Shown here: in pieces, positions 1-10,100 of the stretch | Layout of the letters: every line of letters begins with the position of its first letter | Numbering within the stretch: position 1 is the stretch's first letter | From: Diplonema japonicum | Taxonomy: Eukaryota > Protista > Euglenozoa: Diplonemea | Assembly: GCA_964019335.1 (NCBI GenBank) | Contig: OZ025741.1 | Coordinates: forward strand, 1-64,000 | DNA: 64,000 bases | Direction of reading: 5' to 3' | The notes under the pieces: generated by a model | What the model was told of the DNA's origin: nothing | The model's input: the letters and a program-made list of their open reading frames with translations, nothing else | Database searches by the model: none | Translations under genes and position numbers: made by a program

Positions 1-65
1 GCTTTGGGGGGGTTTGGGAGTGCCATCGGGAACCAGAAAATAAATAAAATTACGTATTCATGAAT

Positions 66-175
66 TAAAGTGGACTTTACTCTTTCCCTTGGCTGATAAT
101 CTGTCCCTCGGAATCTGATTTTCACGAGCGAAGCGAGGGACAGATTATCAGCCAAGGGAAATAAAGTCCACTTTA
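66..175. repeat. Long near-perfect inverted repeat (hairpin), ~42-45 bp arms, 23-nt loop
   Basis: 66-110 TAAAGTGGACTTTActcTTTCCCTTGGCTGATAATCTGTCCCTCG is the reverse complement of 134-175 except for a 3-nt indel. Confidence 0.9.
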
Positions 176-342
176 TTTTTCATAAATCAATAGTTATTCT
201 TTTCGACGAAAACAAGGGTTTTTGTCTTGACAAATACCGTTTATAAGGGAAAGTCTATTACTTATAAGAAGAAGAAGGAGAAGAACAGAGTGGATTACAG
301 ATTGTACCAAAGGGAATAGTACGTAATAACAGAGGGGGGCCT

Positions 343-936
343 GGCTACGTTGTCGGCGTACGGCCGTACGTACGCGTAATTCGAACGTACGCACTTTTTT
401 TTAGATTTGCTGCGCACGCGTACGCATTGTTTGCGTACGGCATTCATTTTGGAAAGTCTTCAGGAAAGGTCTAGGGGCAATGTTCACTGGGCATGTGGGA
501 TGCGCAAGGGGGCGTGGCCTCTCTTGCGACCTATTGGCATGAGGCTTGTAGGGAGCTCGGGCAAGATTCGTTGGAGAAGCTAAAGATCGGCCATTGGGAT
601 TTGACAAAGCTGATTCTCTTGTCAGAGATATAATTCAGGTCAGACTCTACTTTAGCAAACGTAGTTTCACCTGCACGCAGTTTGTGAGAGGCGACAGAAC
701 TGGTGTTGGAAGACCTGCAGGGCGCCCGATCCTGATGACGGAGAACGTCTATAGATAGAGACGAATCGGGTGTAAAAGTGTTTGCATGAAGCCTCTCTCT
801 TCCATCCATTTGCCCCTCTTGTCCAACGTAAGCCCGTTGACCCGTAGCGTGTACCTGTAGGTGTAAGGAGCCGTACGCACAGCCGTACGACGTACGCACT
901 TTTTTAGATTTTGCTGCGTACGCCGACAACGTAGCC
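343..936. mobile_element. Non-autonomous DNA transposon (MITE-like), 20-bp perfect TIRs
   Basis: GGCTACGTTGTCGGCGTACG (343-362) and its exact reverse complement (917-936). Subterminal ~29-bp direct repeat at 385-414 and 890-918. About ten CGTACG motifs cluster at both ends. TSD is unclear (CT on both flanks). Confidence 0.75.
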
Positions 937-940
937 CTAA

Positions 941-973
941 GGGGGGGGGAGGGGGGGGGGGGGGGGGGGGGGG
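941..973 (+). repeat. Poly-G tract
   Basis: About 32 G with one A, just right of the MITE. Confidence 0.85.
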
Positions 974-1193
974 CTAGAACAAAAACTTTCACGCCTGTTT
1001 GACAAAAACTTTGACACACACGGAGGGGAAATGATGCGTATCTGGCTTTCTGCATCTAGCCCGCACCCCATTTGTTTCAGCGAATGATGCTTTAGATTAG
1101 GAAAAGAAGAATAACAACTTTAACCGTGCTAAAGAAGGTTGATATGGTAATGTCATGTCATGACATGCTATACAATCAAGCTAGAAGGCATGC

Positions 1194-4100
1194 CTAGGAG
1201 GATTGAATTGCAAATGTGGGGCGTGAATAAAAGGGCATGCGGCGCTGGGAGAAGTCGCCGTCCGAAGGGAGGGCTGCAACGATGTGTGCGAGGGCCATGT
1301 CGTGGGGGTAGCGAGCGGCGAGTTCGCGGAAGCGGGTCTTGTCGCCCTGCATCGTGTGGTCAAAGGCTGTGGCGTAGTCTGCGGGGGAAGGGTACTGGTT
1401 GAGGACGTGGGTGGGGTCGGTGGGGGCAACCTGTGCTCCTCCCAAGTCCGCCGACGACTCGCTCAGTGTGTGCCGCACCAGAGGTGTCAGGACCTCGTAC
1501 AGCACGACCTTGTCTACATCCCCAGTGTTCCACCTGTCGATGGGGCGTGTGAAGGGTCTCACCTCCGCAAGCTTCCCCACCAGCTCCACATCAGTGCAGT
1601 CCCCCAAGAGGGCGTACGTCCCCACCTGCACCGCATACGACGCAAGGCACACGCTGCTCCTCGCAGGGACCCCCAGCGTCGTGAAGTACTTCGTTGTGCT
1701 GTTCCCTGCATTCCCAAAGGCACACGCCCCAGTCGCCATTCCAACGTGCAGACCTTCCGACTTCCTCCGCTCCAAGTCCGTCACGAACATCACAGACGAC
1801 AGAATGTGCGACCTGCACGTCTTCATCGTGTTCCAGGTAACCATGAAGTTGTCCCCGTGCACAGTGTCCAGAACACCGCTTGTCTGGGACACCAGGTCCG
1901 CGATCACCCGCACAATGTTGTTGTAAGGTGTTGTTGTCGTCTGCTGCATCACAGGCGAGTATCTCACTGCCGCCACTGTCGCCTGCCCCACCTTGAACCC
2001 TGTGTTCCCCACAACCGACGACCCTGAATCTGACGTCCCACCACCTGACGAGCGCCGTGATGAAGTCGACATATGCTGAGACTGGGGACCGCTTGAGCGC
2101 CCCCCGCCCATCGGTACCAGTGACGGGCCCTCTGATGCAGAGTAGCTGAAGTTGTCGAGCCTGCCCTTCAGCTGGTGCGGTACTGCATAGTACAGCTTTG
2201 TCCTTCCCTCCAGACCTTTCAAAACAGTTTCACCTGCGAACACCACCTTCGGAGTGATGGTGCGGAAGTGCTCTTGCACCAGCTCCAAGAAGGTCTCCGT
2301 CAAGCAGACGCACCCGCCCTTTGACGCCGCGCTCGTCCGTGCCGCTTTTGCCACCTCGCCCCCCCTGTAGTCAGAGCGCCCAGTCAGCTCGTTGTCCTCC
2401 CGCAACACCTCCCCGCAGTGCATCCCCATCCTCACAGAGAGCCCTGTCCACAAGGGGTCCTTGTGGGAGAGCTCCTCCCCCCACCTCTCCTGAGTCAGTT
2501 CGTACTGTGCCGTCAGGGCGAAGTCCACCGCGTTCACGCACTCCCCGAAGGCGACCATGAAGGCGTCCCCGATTGTCTTCACCTCGTACCCATGGTACTT
2601 CTGGATGTTCCGCCGCATCACCGCGTTGTGCATCTCCACCCCTTCGCTCATCTCTATCCCGTGCAGGGACCACAGGGCGGGGCCGTCCTCGATGTCCGTG
2701 AACACGATGGTGACGTTCCCAGTAGGGGCAGGCGTTATGTCAGGCACCACCGACAAGAGCGACGAGGGAACAAAGCTCCGGAACTCGTAGATCCTCCTCG
2801 TCACTTGCTCGAAGGTCTCTTGCATCACCGCCACCTCGCTGAACACGCTCTCAGAGCTATTCTTGTCGATCGCCTCCAGCTGCATCTCCGACACGAGCCC
2901 CATGTCCCGTCGCAGTCCCAGCAAGGGCTTCAGAAGAGCCGACACCAGCAACACCGCCAACCCCATCACGCCCAGAGTGCAGAACGACAACAGCATAAAT
3001 ATAATGACGCTCCTCGAGCTGCTCTCGCTCTCTGTCTCGTCGCTGTTCGCCTCGATGCGCGCCTTCACAGCTGCTGCCTCCTTGTTGATCGCCCCCAAGA
3101 TGAACGACTGCCGGATCGCCAAAAGCACTTCCCACATGAACGGGTCCTCGAACTCTGCAGTCAAGATGTACCATATGCTGCTCGTTCCATCGCAGTCCAA
3201 CGACTCCTTGTGCATCGTCCCTCGGAAGCTCTTGAAGTCCCCGTTGATGAGACCAGCAACAGAGCTGATCACACAGTCAGTGGCGTTCACATCTGGCGAA
3301 GGGAACGTAAAGTTCTGAATACCCAGAATTCCGTTGGCTACGAAGTCTTGATATGTAGCAGTCCCGTGCGACACGGCCACCACACGCCTGTACTGATCCT
3401 CGCCGGGGTTCCGTGAGATGGCAACGAGTCTGGTGTGCTCGTCCCCCACCTCATCCGTCACAGCCTTCAGCTTGGAGGATAATTTCTTAAACTCTATACT
3501 TGCACTCAATAATCCAAGATCCTGTGTGATGGCTAGCTTAGCACTGTGTCCATACCGCTCCATTTCTAGTCGACACGATCTTCGCCGAGTAGAAGGCCCC
3601 GATGAAGCTTCCGATGGGGTAGAAGTTCGACCACCCTTTGCCACCCGGTTCTAGCTTCTCTTGGGCATCAATCACAAAGTCTGTGTCACTAAGATCAAGT
3701 ATCCAAGGGAGCAACGGCGGTTTGATCTCGCCGGTGTACGGGATCATCTCCCCTACCTCAGATGGAATTCCTCCCTTCCCGCCACCGTAGCCAAAATAAA
3801 GCAGGTGAGGATTCTGGGGTACTGGTAACTGGGACACGACAAACTGTGAGTTGGGTTAAGATGAACTACAAGGATATCAAGTCATACCCAGTCACCGGTA
3901 GGGGTGAGGTAGCTCATGAAAGTAACGTCAAGTGCGATTAGAGGTTCGCTCTGAGCATACCAAAAACTGCTGAGCGACTTGAGATACCCACGCACATCGT
4001 CAGGGTGGGTCTCGTTGCTGCCAGTGATGGCGAAGAAATTCTGCATTGTGTGGATAAGTGTCATGGACTGCCGAAGAGAGGAGACGAGGGAGGCGGTGGA

Positions 4101-4388
4101 CTGCCGGATCAAAACCTGCATCACAGAGTGCACCGTGTCGTCCATCAGCGGTTCCAGTGCAGCTAGCAAGCTGTCGGTTCTCTTGTTCCCATGGTCCCGT
4201 GTTTGCTGCCTTGCGTTGTTCGTTGCGTGCAGCGTCATCCCCCATGTCACCATCCCCACTAACACAACACACACCAAGATGTAGATCAGACCTAGGTTTC
4301 GTAGCCCCATCTCCCCGCGCCATCCATCCAGCCTCCGCTCTTCTTCCAGCGTTCCATCCGTCGTGCTCCCCACATCGACAGTTTGCAT
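1194..4388 (-). CDS. Receptor-type class III adenylate cyclase (TM - extracellular sensor - TM - HAMP - cyclase - degenerate cyclase), ~1038 aa, 3 exons
   Basis: Kinetoplastid-type catalytic motifs APTGNVTIVFTDIE, YEVKTIGDAFM, VRMGMHCG, DYRGGEVAKAAR. Two TM segments. Introns 3844-3887 (44 nt, GTATGA..ACAG) and 3522-3555 (34 nt, GTATGG..ACAG) join ORFs 3882-4388, 3538-3837 and 1194-3644 in frame. Confidence 0.9.
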
Positions 4389-4567
4389 TACCTGAAAATT
4401 GAATTTCTAGCAAATGTAGAGTAGCAGCAAGGAGAAGAGCAGTATGAAACAAGAACACGCCACCATTGGGGATGGACGTTATGTGGGAAACTGGGGAGCG
4501 ATGCTAGGGCTCCAAACAGAAAAAAAAAAAAAAAAACAATTAACAACTGACAAGCCTTTGTTCTTAA

Positions 4568-5529
4568 CCATTAAACCCACATGTCATATATATATATATG
4601 ACATAAAAAAAAAAAAAGAAGAAACCTATAGGCCTTTTGGTCAAATTATGACCTTTCTTTCACTTTTCTGACGCCATTGCGCGATTTTTTCCACTTTGTT
4701 TGGCTAAATGCTGCCCTTTTTCAGCATTATTTTAAGAATTTGAGAGGTCGAAAATCCGGGGGAAAATTTGAGAATGAAGAATACTCGACTGGAGCAGAGG
4801 GCTGGTCGTGAGTGATGAAGAATGCTAAGAAATGTCAGAAAATGGTAGTTCTGAGTCTAGTAGGGGAGGAAAGTGTGGAAGAATTGGAGGAAATGGGGTG
4901 GAAAGAGTCATCAATGAACTGGAAGAATGCATCGCACACGGCCTCTGTAAATGCATGGGCAAAGAACCTGCACCATCGAGACCACAAGACTCGAAGGATG
5001 TAAGGTTTGACCGCATCAAAGAGCATTTTCCTGCAAAAATTAGCATAAAAACTAGGTGCGTAGTCCATCATTGCATGGGTCCCAGAAGGTCCTCTGGCTA
5101 TGAATGTTCCACCTGTGGCAAGTGCCTCTATTCCACACCTTGCTTTTGGCTTTACCACCTGAACGAAGACATCACCGAGGATGATCTTCAGGAGCCCGAA
5201 ACACCGACAAGTACCAGAAACTCACTGATGGACCCCCGGACCCCCTCCACTGGCTAGAATAGTGTTACAAGGGGTTTTTAGTGCATTTTATTATTATTTA
5301 TTTTGCACTTTTTTCTACTCCTCTTCCCCCCCTTACCAAAAAGGGTGTTGGGTCAAAAATCATAAGTTCAAAAGCCAGTTCAGGGGAACCCTGATACGTG
5401 AATGTCTCCAGAGGTCATTTCTCCATAAAAAGAACAATTTGTATGGTTAAATGCTGCCATTTTTTTTGAATTTTTTGGAATCGCCTCAAAAATGGGCTTT
5501 TTTCGGTTTTTTGCCTGTGGGCTTAATGG
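4568..5529 (+). mobile_element. piggyBac-superfamily internal-deletion derivative
   Basis: TTAA target duplication (4564-4567, 5530-5533). TIRs CCATTAA(A/G)CCCACA. Subterminal repeat GG(C/T)TAAATGCTGCC at 4702-4715 and 5445-5458. The internal ORF carries a piggyBac-type C-terminal Cys-rich domain. Confidence 0.9.
4832..5257 (+). pseudogene. Truncated piggyBac transposase ORF (141 aa) retaining only the C-terminal Cys-rich domain; no DDD core
   Basis: VRFDRIKEHFP...RCVVHHC...YECSTCGKCLYSTPCFWLYH matches the HxP..CxxC..CxxC..LxxxxCFxxYH pattern of the piggyBac CRD. ATG-to-stop frame is intact. Confidence 0.75.
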
Positions 5530-5817
5530 TTAAAATAGAAAAGAGGCGAAGACAGAGGTGCAGGGCTTGAACAAAGACAAAGGAGAGGTGACGGGGAAGA
5601 AGTTTAAGTCGCAAATAGGATGGACTGAAGTCCTTTTCGGTTTTCTTGTCCGACCTTATTACCTTATCTTCCCCTCTTTTCGGCAGTGGAGGTTTAGAAA
5701 TGATTCTGTCAAGCTCTTTTTTTTTTTTTTTTTTTTCCTTTTTGTTCGAGTCTCCAAACGGCATGGAAGTGTCCTTAATTGGTCCCTTCGTTTGAATGCT
5801 GACGCCTCTTGCATCAT

Positions 5818-5852
<35 letters not shown>

Positions 5853-5915
5853 TTCCCACTACATCACATTCATGAGCACAAAGGGGAGAGGAGAATCAAA
5901 AGAGGAAGAGGAAAT

Positions 5916-6953
5916 TTATTCACCCTGCGCCACTCCCTGCCCGTCGAGGTAAGAGGTGGGGGGGTACTTGGCAGGTCTTTCGGGGGTGATGGTGGAGGGG
6001 ATAACCTCACAGGGGTAGTCCGAAGTGGGGCAAAAAAAGAAAGGGATGGAGTACCGGGGCGTAGAACCAGCGTTGAGGGCGTAGTGGCGCGTGGACAGCC
6101 AGGTATCGTTGGTGAGGTTGCGAAGGATCTCCCCTGTGTTAATGACGAAGGTGCCAGGCTTGGCGGCCACACGCCTCCACGTGTTCTCCTTTTCGTTGTT
6201 CACAACGAGCCCCGGCTCCCTCTGTGCCAGGATCGTGAAGAATGTAGTATCGACATGCGGGCCAACACCATACTGAAGCTCCTCATACTGTTCCACAGGA
6301 GGGTAGTACGCAAGACGCAGCCTTACCAGCGGGCTTTCAAAACTCTTGTTAAAGTAGCTCGGCTCCATCTTCAGAGCTTCCGCGTACTTCGGGAGCATCC
6401 TCATCGCCAGGTCTTCCAAAGCTTTCGTGTACTCCAGTACGTCGTTCTTCCATTCCTCGCCCAGTACCTCCGGCCATGGCATCTTGTCAAAGGTGATGTC
6501 TCTCGGGCCTTCCTCTCTCTTGATGATGAATGTTTCCGTGAGGTTTCCCTTCACCCTCCTAGGGAGCTTGAAATTATTGTTCGGGAGGTACCCCACACCA
6601 CCTGGGTACCCCGGGGTGTGGTCCATCTCGTACTTCATTTTGACATCAAGAGGAAGAGCGTGGTACACCTCCGACGCTTTAAAACCCTTCTCCATAATGC
6701 TGTCAGACACCCCGTGGTTCTTCAGGAGGTGGAACCCGATCTCAGTGTTCGCCTTTCGGAGGGCCTCAGGGTAGTCGGCTGACATGAAGTCCAACACCGG
6801 TACCTCCTCGTCAGTTGCAAGTAGGATCTCATCTTGGTTGCTCGACGCTTTCCACGAAAGAGCTTCCTTCCGGAGTGCGTCCTCTTTCTCCAACCCATAG
6901 GCACTGGCACTAACCCACCTCCTCGAGGCACCTACCGACATTCTTAAAAACAT
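5916..6953 (-). CDS. 2-oxoglutarate/Fe(II)-dependent dioxygenase, isopenicillin N synthase (DIOX_N + 2OG-FeII_Oxy) family, 345 aa
   Basis: VPVLDF..GFHLLKNHGV N-terminal domain, HVD...H iron triad, RYS 2OG-binding motif. The Arg/Ser-rich N-terminus may be a mitochondrial presequence. Confidence 0.9.
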   Translation of the reverse strand: MFLRMSVGASRRWVSASAYGLEKEDALRKEALSWKASSNQDEILLATDEEVPVLDFMSADYPEALRKANTEIGFHLLKNHGVSDSIMEKGFKASEVYHALPLDVKMKYEMDHTPGYPGGVGYLPNNNFKLPRRVKGNLTETFIIKREEGPRDITFDKMPWPEVLGEEWKNDVLEYTKALEDLAMRMLPKYAEALKMEPSYFNKSFESPLVRLRLAYYPPVEQYEELQYGVGPHVDTTFFTILAQREPGLVVNNEKENTWRRVAAKPGTFVINTGEILRNLTNDTWLSTRHYALNAGSTPRYSIPFFFCPTSDYPCEVIPSTITPERPAKYPPTSYLDGQGVAQGE

Positions 6954-7199
6954 CTTGTTTCTTTTTTCTTTTTTTTACCTGTAGAACATTTAAACAAAAA
7001 GAAAAACAGGGGAACCCCGGACAACGAATAATAACCTATATCTCTATTAGTGAGGCCGGGTAGATAGAATGAAAAAGAGAAAAAAGGGGATTTGGCCTTT
7101 TTTTTTGAGGGGGCGAATAGTGGAAATAGAATAGAAGAACAAAGAACGAACCACAGAGGGGGTTTCTTTTTGTTGTTGTTGTTGTACCGAATCCCCAAA

Positions 7200-10100
7200 T
7201 CATAACAAGAAGTAACAGGCAGTGTAGAGGGCACACAGTTGTAAAACCACGTGCAAAGCAATGTTTGAGGCACGGACTGTGGAAACAGCGTTCATAACCT
7301 CTTCAGGGGTGAGGGCGTCAGGCCGCCTCAAAGGAACAGGTGTGACTGGGATAGTGGGAGCCGGCGTCTCCTTCACACGGGGTACGGGGCTTATCTGCTT
7401 CACTGTTTTGAGTATGAGGGAGAGGTGGGGGGAAACATACCCATGGGACACGGATAACTTGCAGTCTTACATAAAGCATCGAGTTCTAAGCATTTCTCGG
7501 GGATCTTCCCGCACAAAAACGACCCCACTGCGAAGGCTGACTCCACAGCAGAGTACACTGTGTGCGCTTCGTACTCCGGATACAGGTGGACGGCTCCCAG
7601 CACGACCTCTATCTCGACAATAAGATAAGTACTTTCTACAGGGGCGGTCTGGAGCACGCGTCTTGTGTGAAACTGGGCTGCCTGACATGTCTGACAGCAT
7701 GCAGTCGAGAAGGACCCTAGCCGCCAGTTGGAGGTGGCGCATGTCAGGTTCAGTGCATTCAATGCCTCGCCACACGACATGCCACTCACGTACCCCGACA
7801 CCTGCGCGTCGGTTAGTATCTGCCCCAGCAAGGTAGCGTCATCCACGCATATCTGCCGGTACGTGCACACACCCTGCACACATCTATCCCCTAGGGTTAA
7901 TGGATTCCCATCGTCGCATGCCGTGCCGTCCGCCAGTACGGTGGCTGGTGGACATAGCCCCGTAGTCTTGTCACAGACACCCACCATGTTGCAGTTGTCG
8001 CCACCTGTGCATACCGGCTTGGACACGCAATGGTCGACATTGCAAGACCCACCGTACCACGAGCAGCTTCCTGTGCAGTTCTGTTCCACTTGTTCACACT
8101 GACAGAAGGTCATTCCTGTTGGTTGGCAGCTCCCCGCCCACTCACACGCGGGGTCATTTGTGCACGCGGCCTCACCCACCCATTCTATGCAGACATCGCT
8201 TTTCCTGCAAATCTCTGCTCTGCAGCTGTCAATCGCCAGCTCGTGAACCCCGTTGCATCCCACTTGATACCACCTCATGCTCCCGTCTTCCCATAACACT
8301 GTGTACCAGAACCCCCCGTTGCATGGTGTGACCTTTTCCTTAAGCCAGCCGACAGACGTGCCTTCCGAGCCCGCTTTGGACCAGTCCCTACCGCGCACAA
8401 CTCTCATTCCGATCACTGCGTTCGATGGTGTGACTACACATGAGCTGCAGTTTGACCCATCTCCGCCACACACGCCGCACTGGTCTACTTCTTTCCCGCT
8501 GTTGTGCACACCATCGCACCCGAGACAGCTGTTGCCGTCTCCACCACATATGTTGCACGGGTCTATGACCTTGCTGCTGTTGCGTACTCCATCGCACCCT
8601 GTTGGAATGTTTTTAGGTTTGTAGGCATACCGAAGCAAGTTGTGTCGTTTCCTGCTGGCTTGTCGCCGGCAGGGTTCGTGGTCCCTGGGCTGCAGGGCAC
8701 GCATGCACTCCCTGATACATGATAGTCCAAAGGACAGCTGGAGTCTGTAGTTTGTTTGATTTTAGTTCCCTTCATCCATACCTGCAGCAGCACACACACC
8801 GCCCATCCATGAGCAATATCCCAACTTCCCACAATCTGTCTTGGACCACGCTCTGCAGGGGCATGCAGCGTGTGGCTTTAGTTCGCCAGTGCACGCAGTG
8901 TCCCAAGAGCACCCCAGTGCCTCGCAAGCATCGCGCTTGGGTGCCAAGCTACATTTGTGATACAAACAACTCTCAGCCACACAGGACTCAACAGAGAGGT
9001 CGTAGCGTCCGTCGCACCCAGCACGGTAGCTATTCGTGTTCTCGATGACACGCGAGTCGACAGTGTTGATGGTCGGCTGCCACCGTACGGTGACCCAACT
9101 CCCACCTGTACATGGCATAGTACTAAGCACCGTCCCTTTGGTGCCAACATCTTGAGTTCCATACACCCAGTCGGGCCCTCGCAGCACTGATGTGCCTGAT
9201 GCTACGTCTTCATTTACTGCACAGCTGCCACAACTACTGTTAGCTTTCTGCTCTTTTTTACACAGCCCACACGGGTCAAGCACTGTGCCGCTGTTCGGAA
9301 CACCGTCGCATCCCGCACACGTACTGTTGTCGCCATTGCAGATTGCACACGCGTCTAGCGTAGCGTTGCTGTCGAGCACACCGTCACAGCCGTAGCACAT
9401 GGTGTCACCCCCTCCGATCTCATCGCCAGCGTCGCGCGTCATCAGCGAAGGGCACAAAACGCACTCCTCGCTAATGACATGGTAGTCTGCCGCACAGTAA
9501 ACGCCATCCCTGCACACAGCGCCGCTAGAGTTGTATACGCATCCTGCTGTGGCCCCACACGTTTGAAGGTCCATCTGGCTGCAGGGCACAGGCTCCTGTG
9601 GCACGACAGGGCTCGGTGTATCAGAGTTGTATAGTGCGTGCATCCAGTACACGTTGGAGAGGATTGCAGAGGAAGCGTACCCGGGCCCTTTTAGCCAACA
9701 GTTATTAACGCTTCCTGCTGGTGCAGTACTTGCTCTGGAAAACCCTGCGCACACACTGCTTCCCATGGCGCAACATGCTGCGACACATGAGTCGAGTGTC
9801 CCTAGCAGCTGCAAGACGTCAAAGCCACTAGAGCTGGGCGGCACGAGGAACGCAGTTTTCGCAACCTGGCACACAGTGTTGTCTGGCTGTATGTCGTTCA
9901 CCCAAATGCTTTCGGATCCATGACAATTGCTGGTGCAACAGGAAGAAATCTCAGACGCGGCACACAGTCGCAGACCTTTCTGAGAGCATAGCAACTCTGC
10001 TTCGCTGAACGTTATGTTGACAGGAAAGCAACTTGCGTCCTGTGCTATGCATGTGCCAGTGTCAGAACAGCACCGTCCAGCGTGAGTTGCGTTGTCGTGG

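Noticed and set aside
531-1055. 174-aa minus-strand ORF across the MITE
   Set aside because: It crosses the poly-G tract and the element boundary and has no transposase motif.
964-1069. Short inverted repeat GGGCTAGA/TCTAGCCC suggesting a second tiny MITE
   Set aside because: Only 8 perfect bp, inflated by the G-run, with no TSD.
7400-8832. Apparent frameshifts or stop readthrough between adjacent ORFs (also at 3.5-3.9, 42.2-42.5, 52.5-53.3 and 57-58 kb)
   Set aside because: Each break is explained by a short GT-AG intron that restores frame and motifs. No recoding, alternative genetic code or pseudogene is needed.
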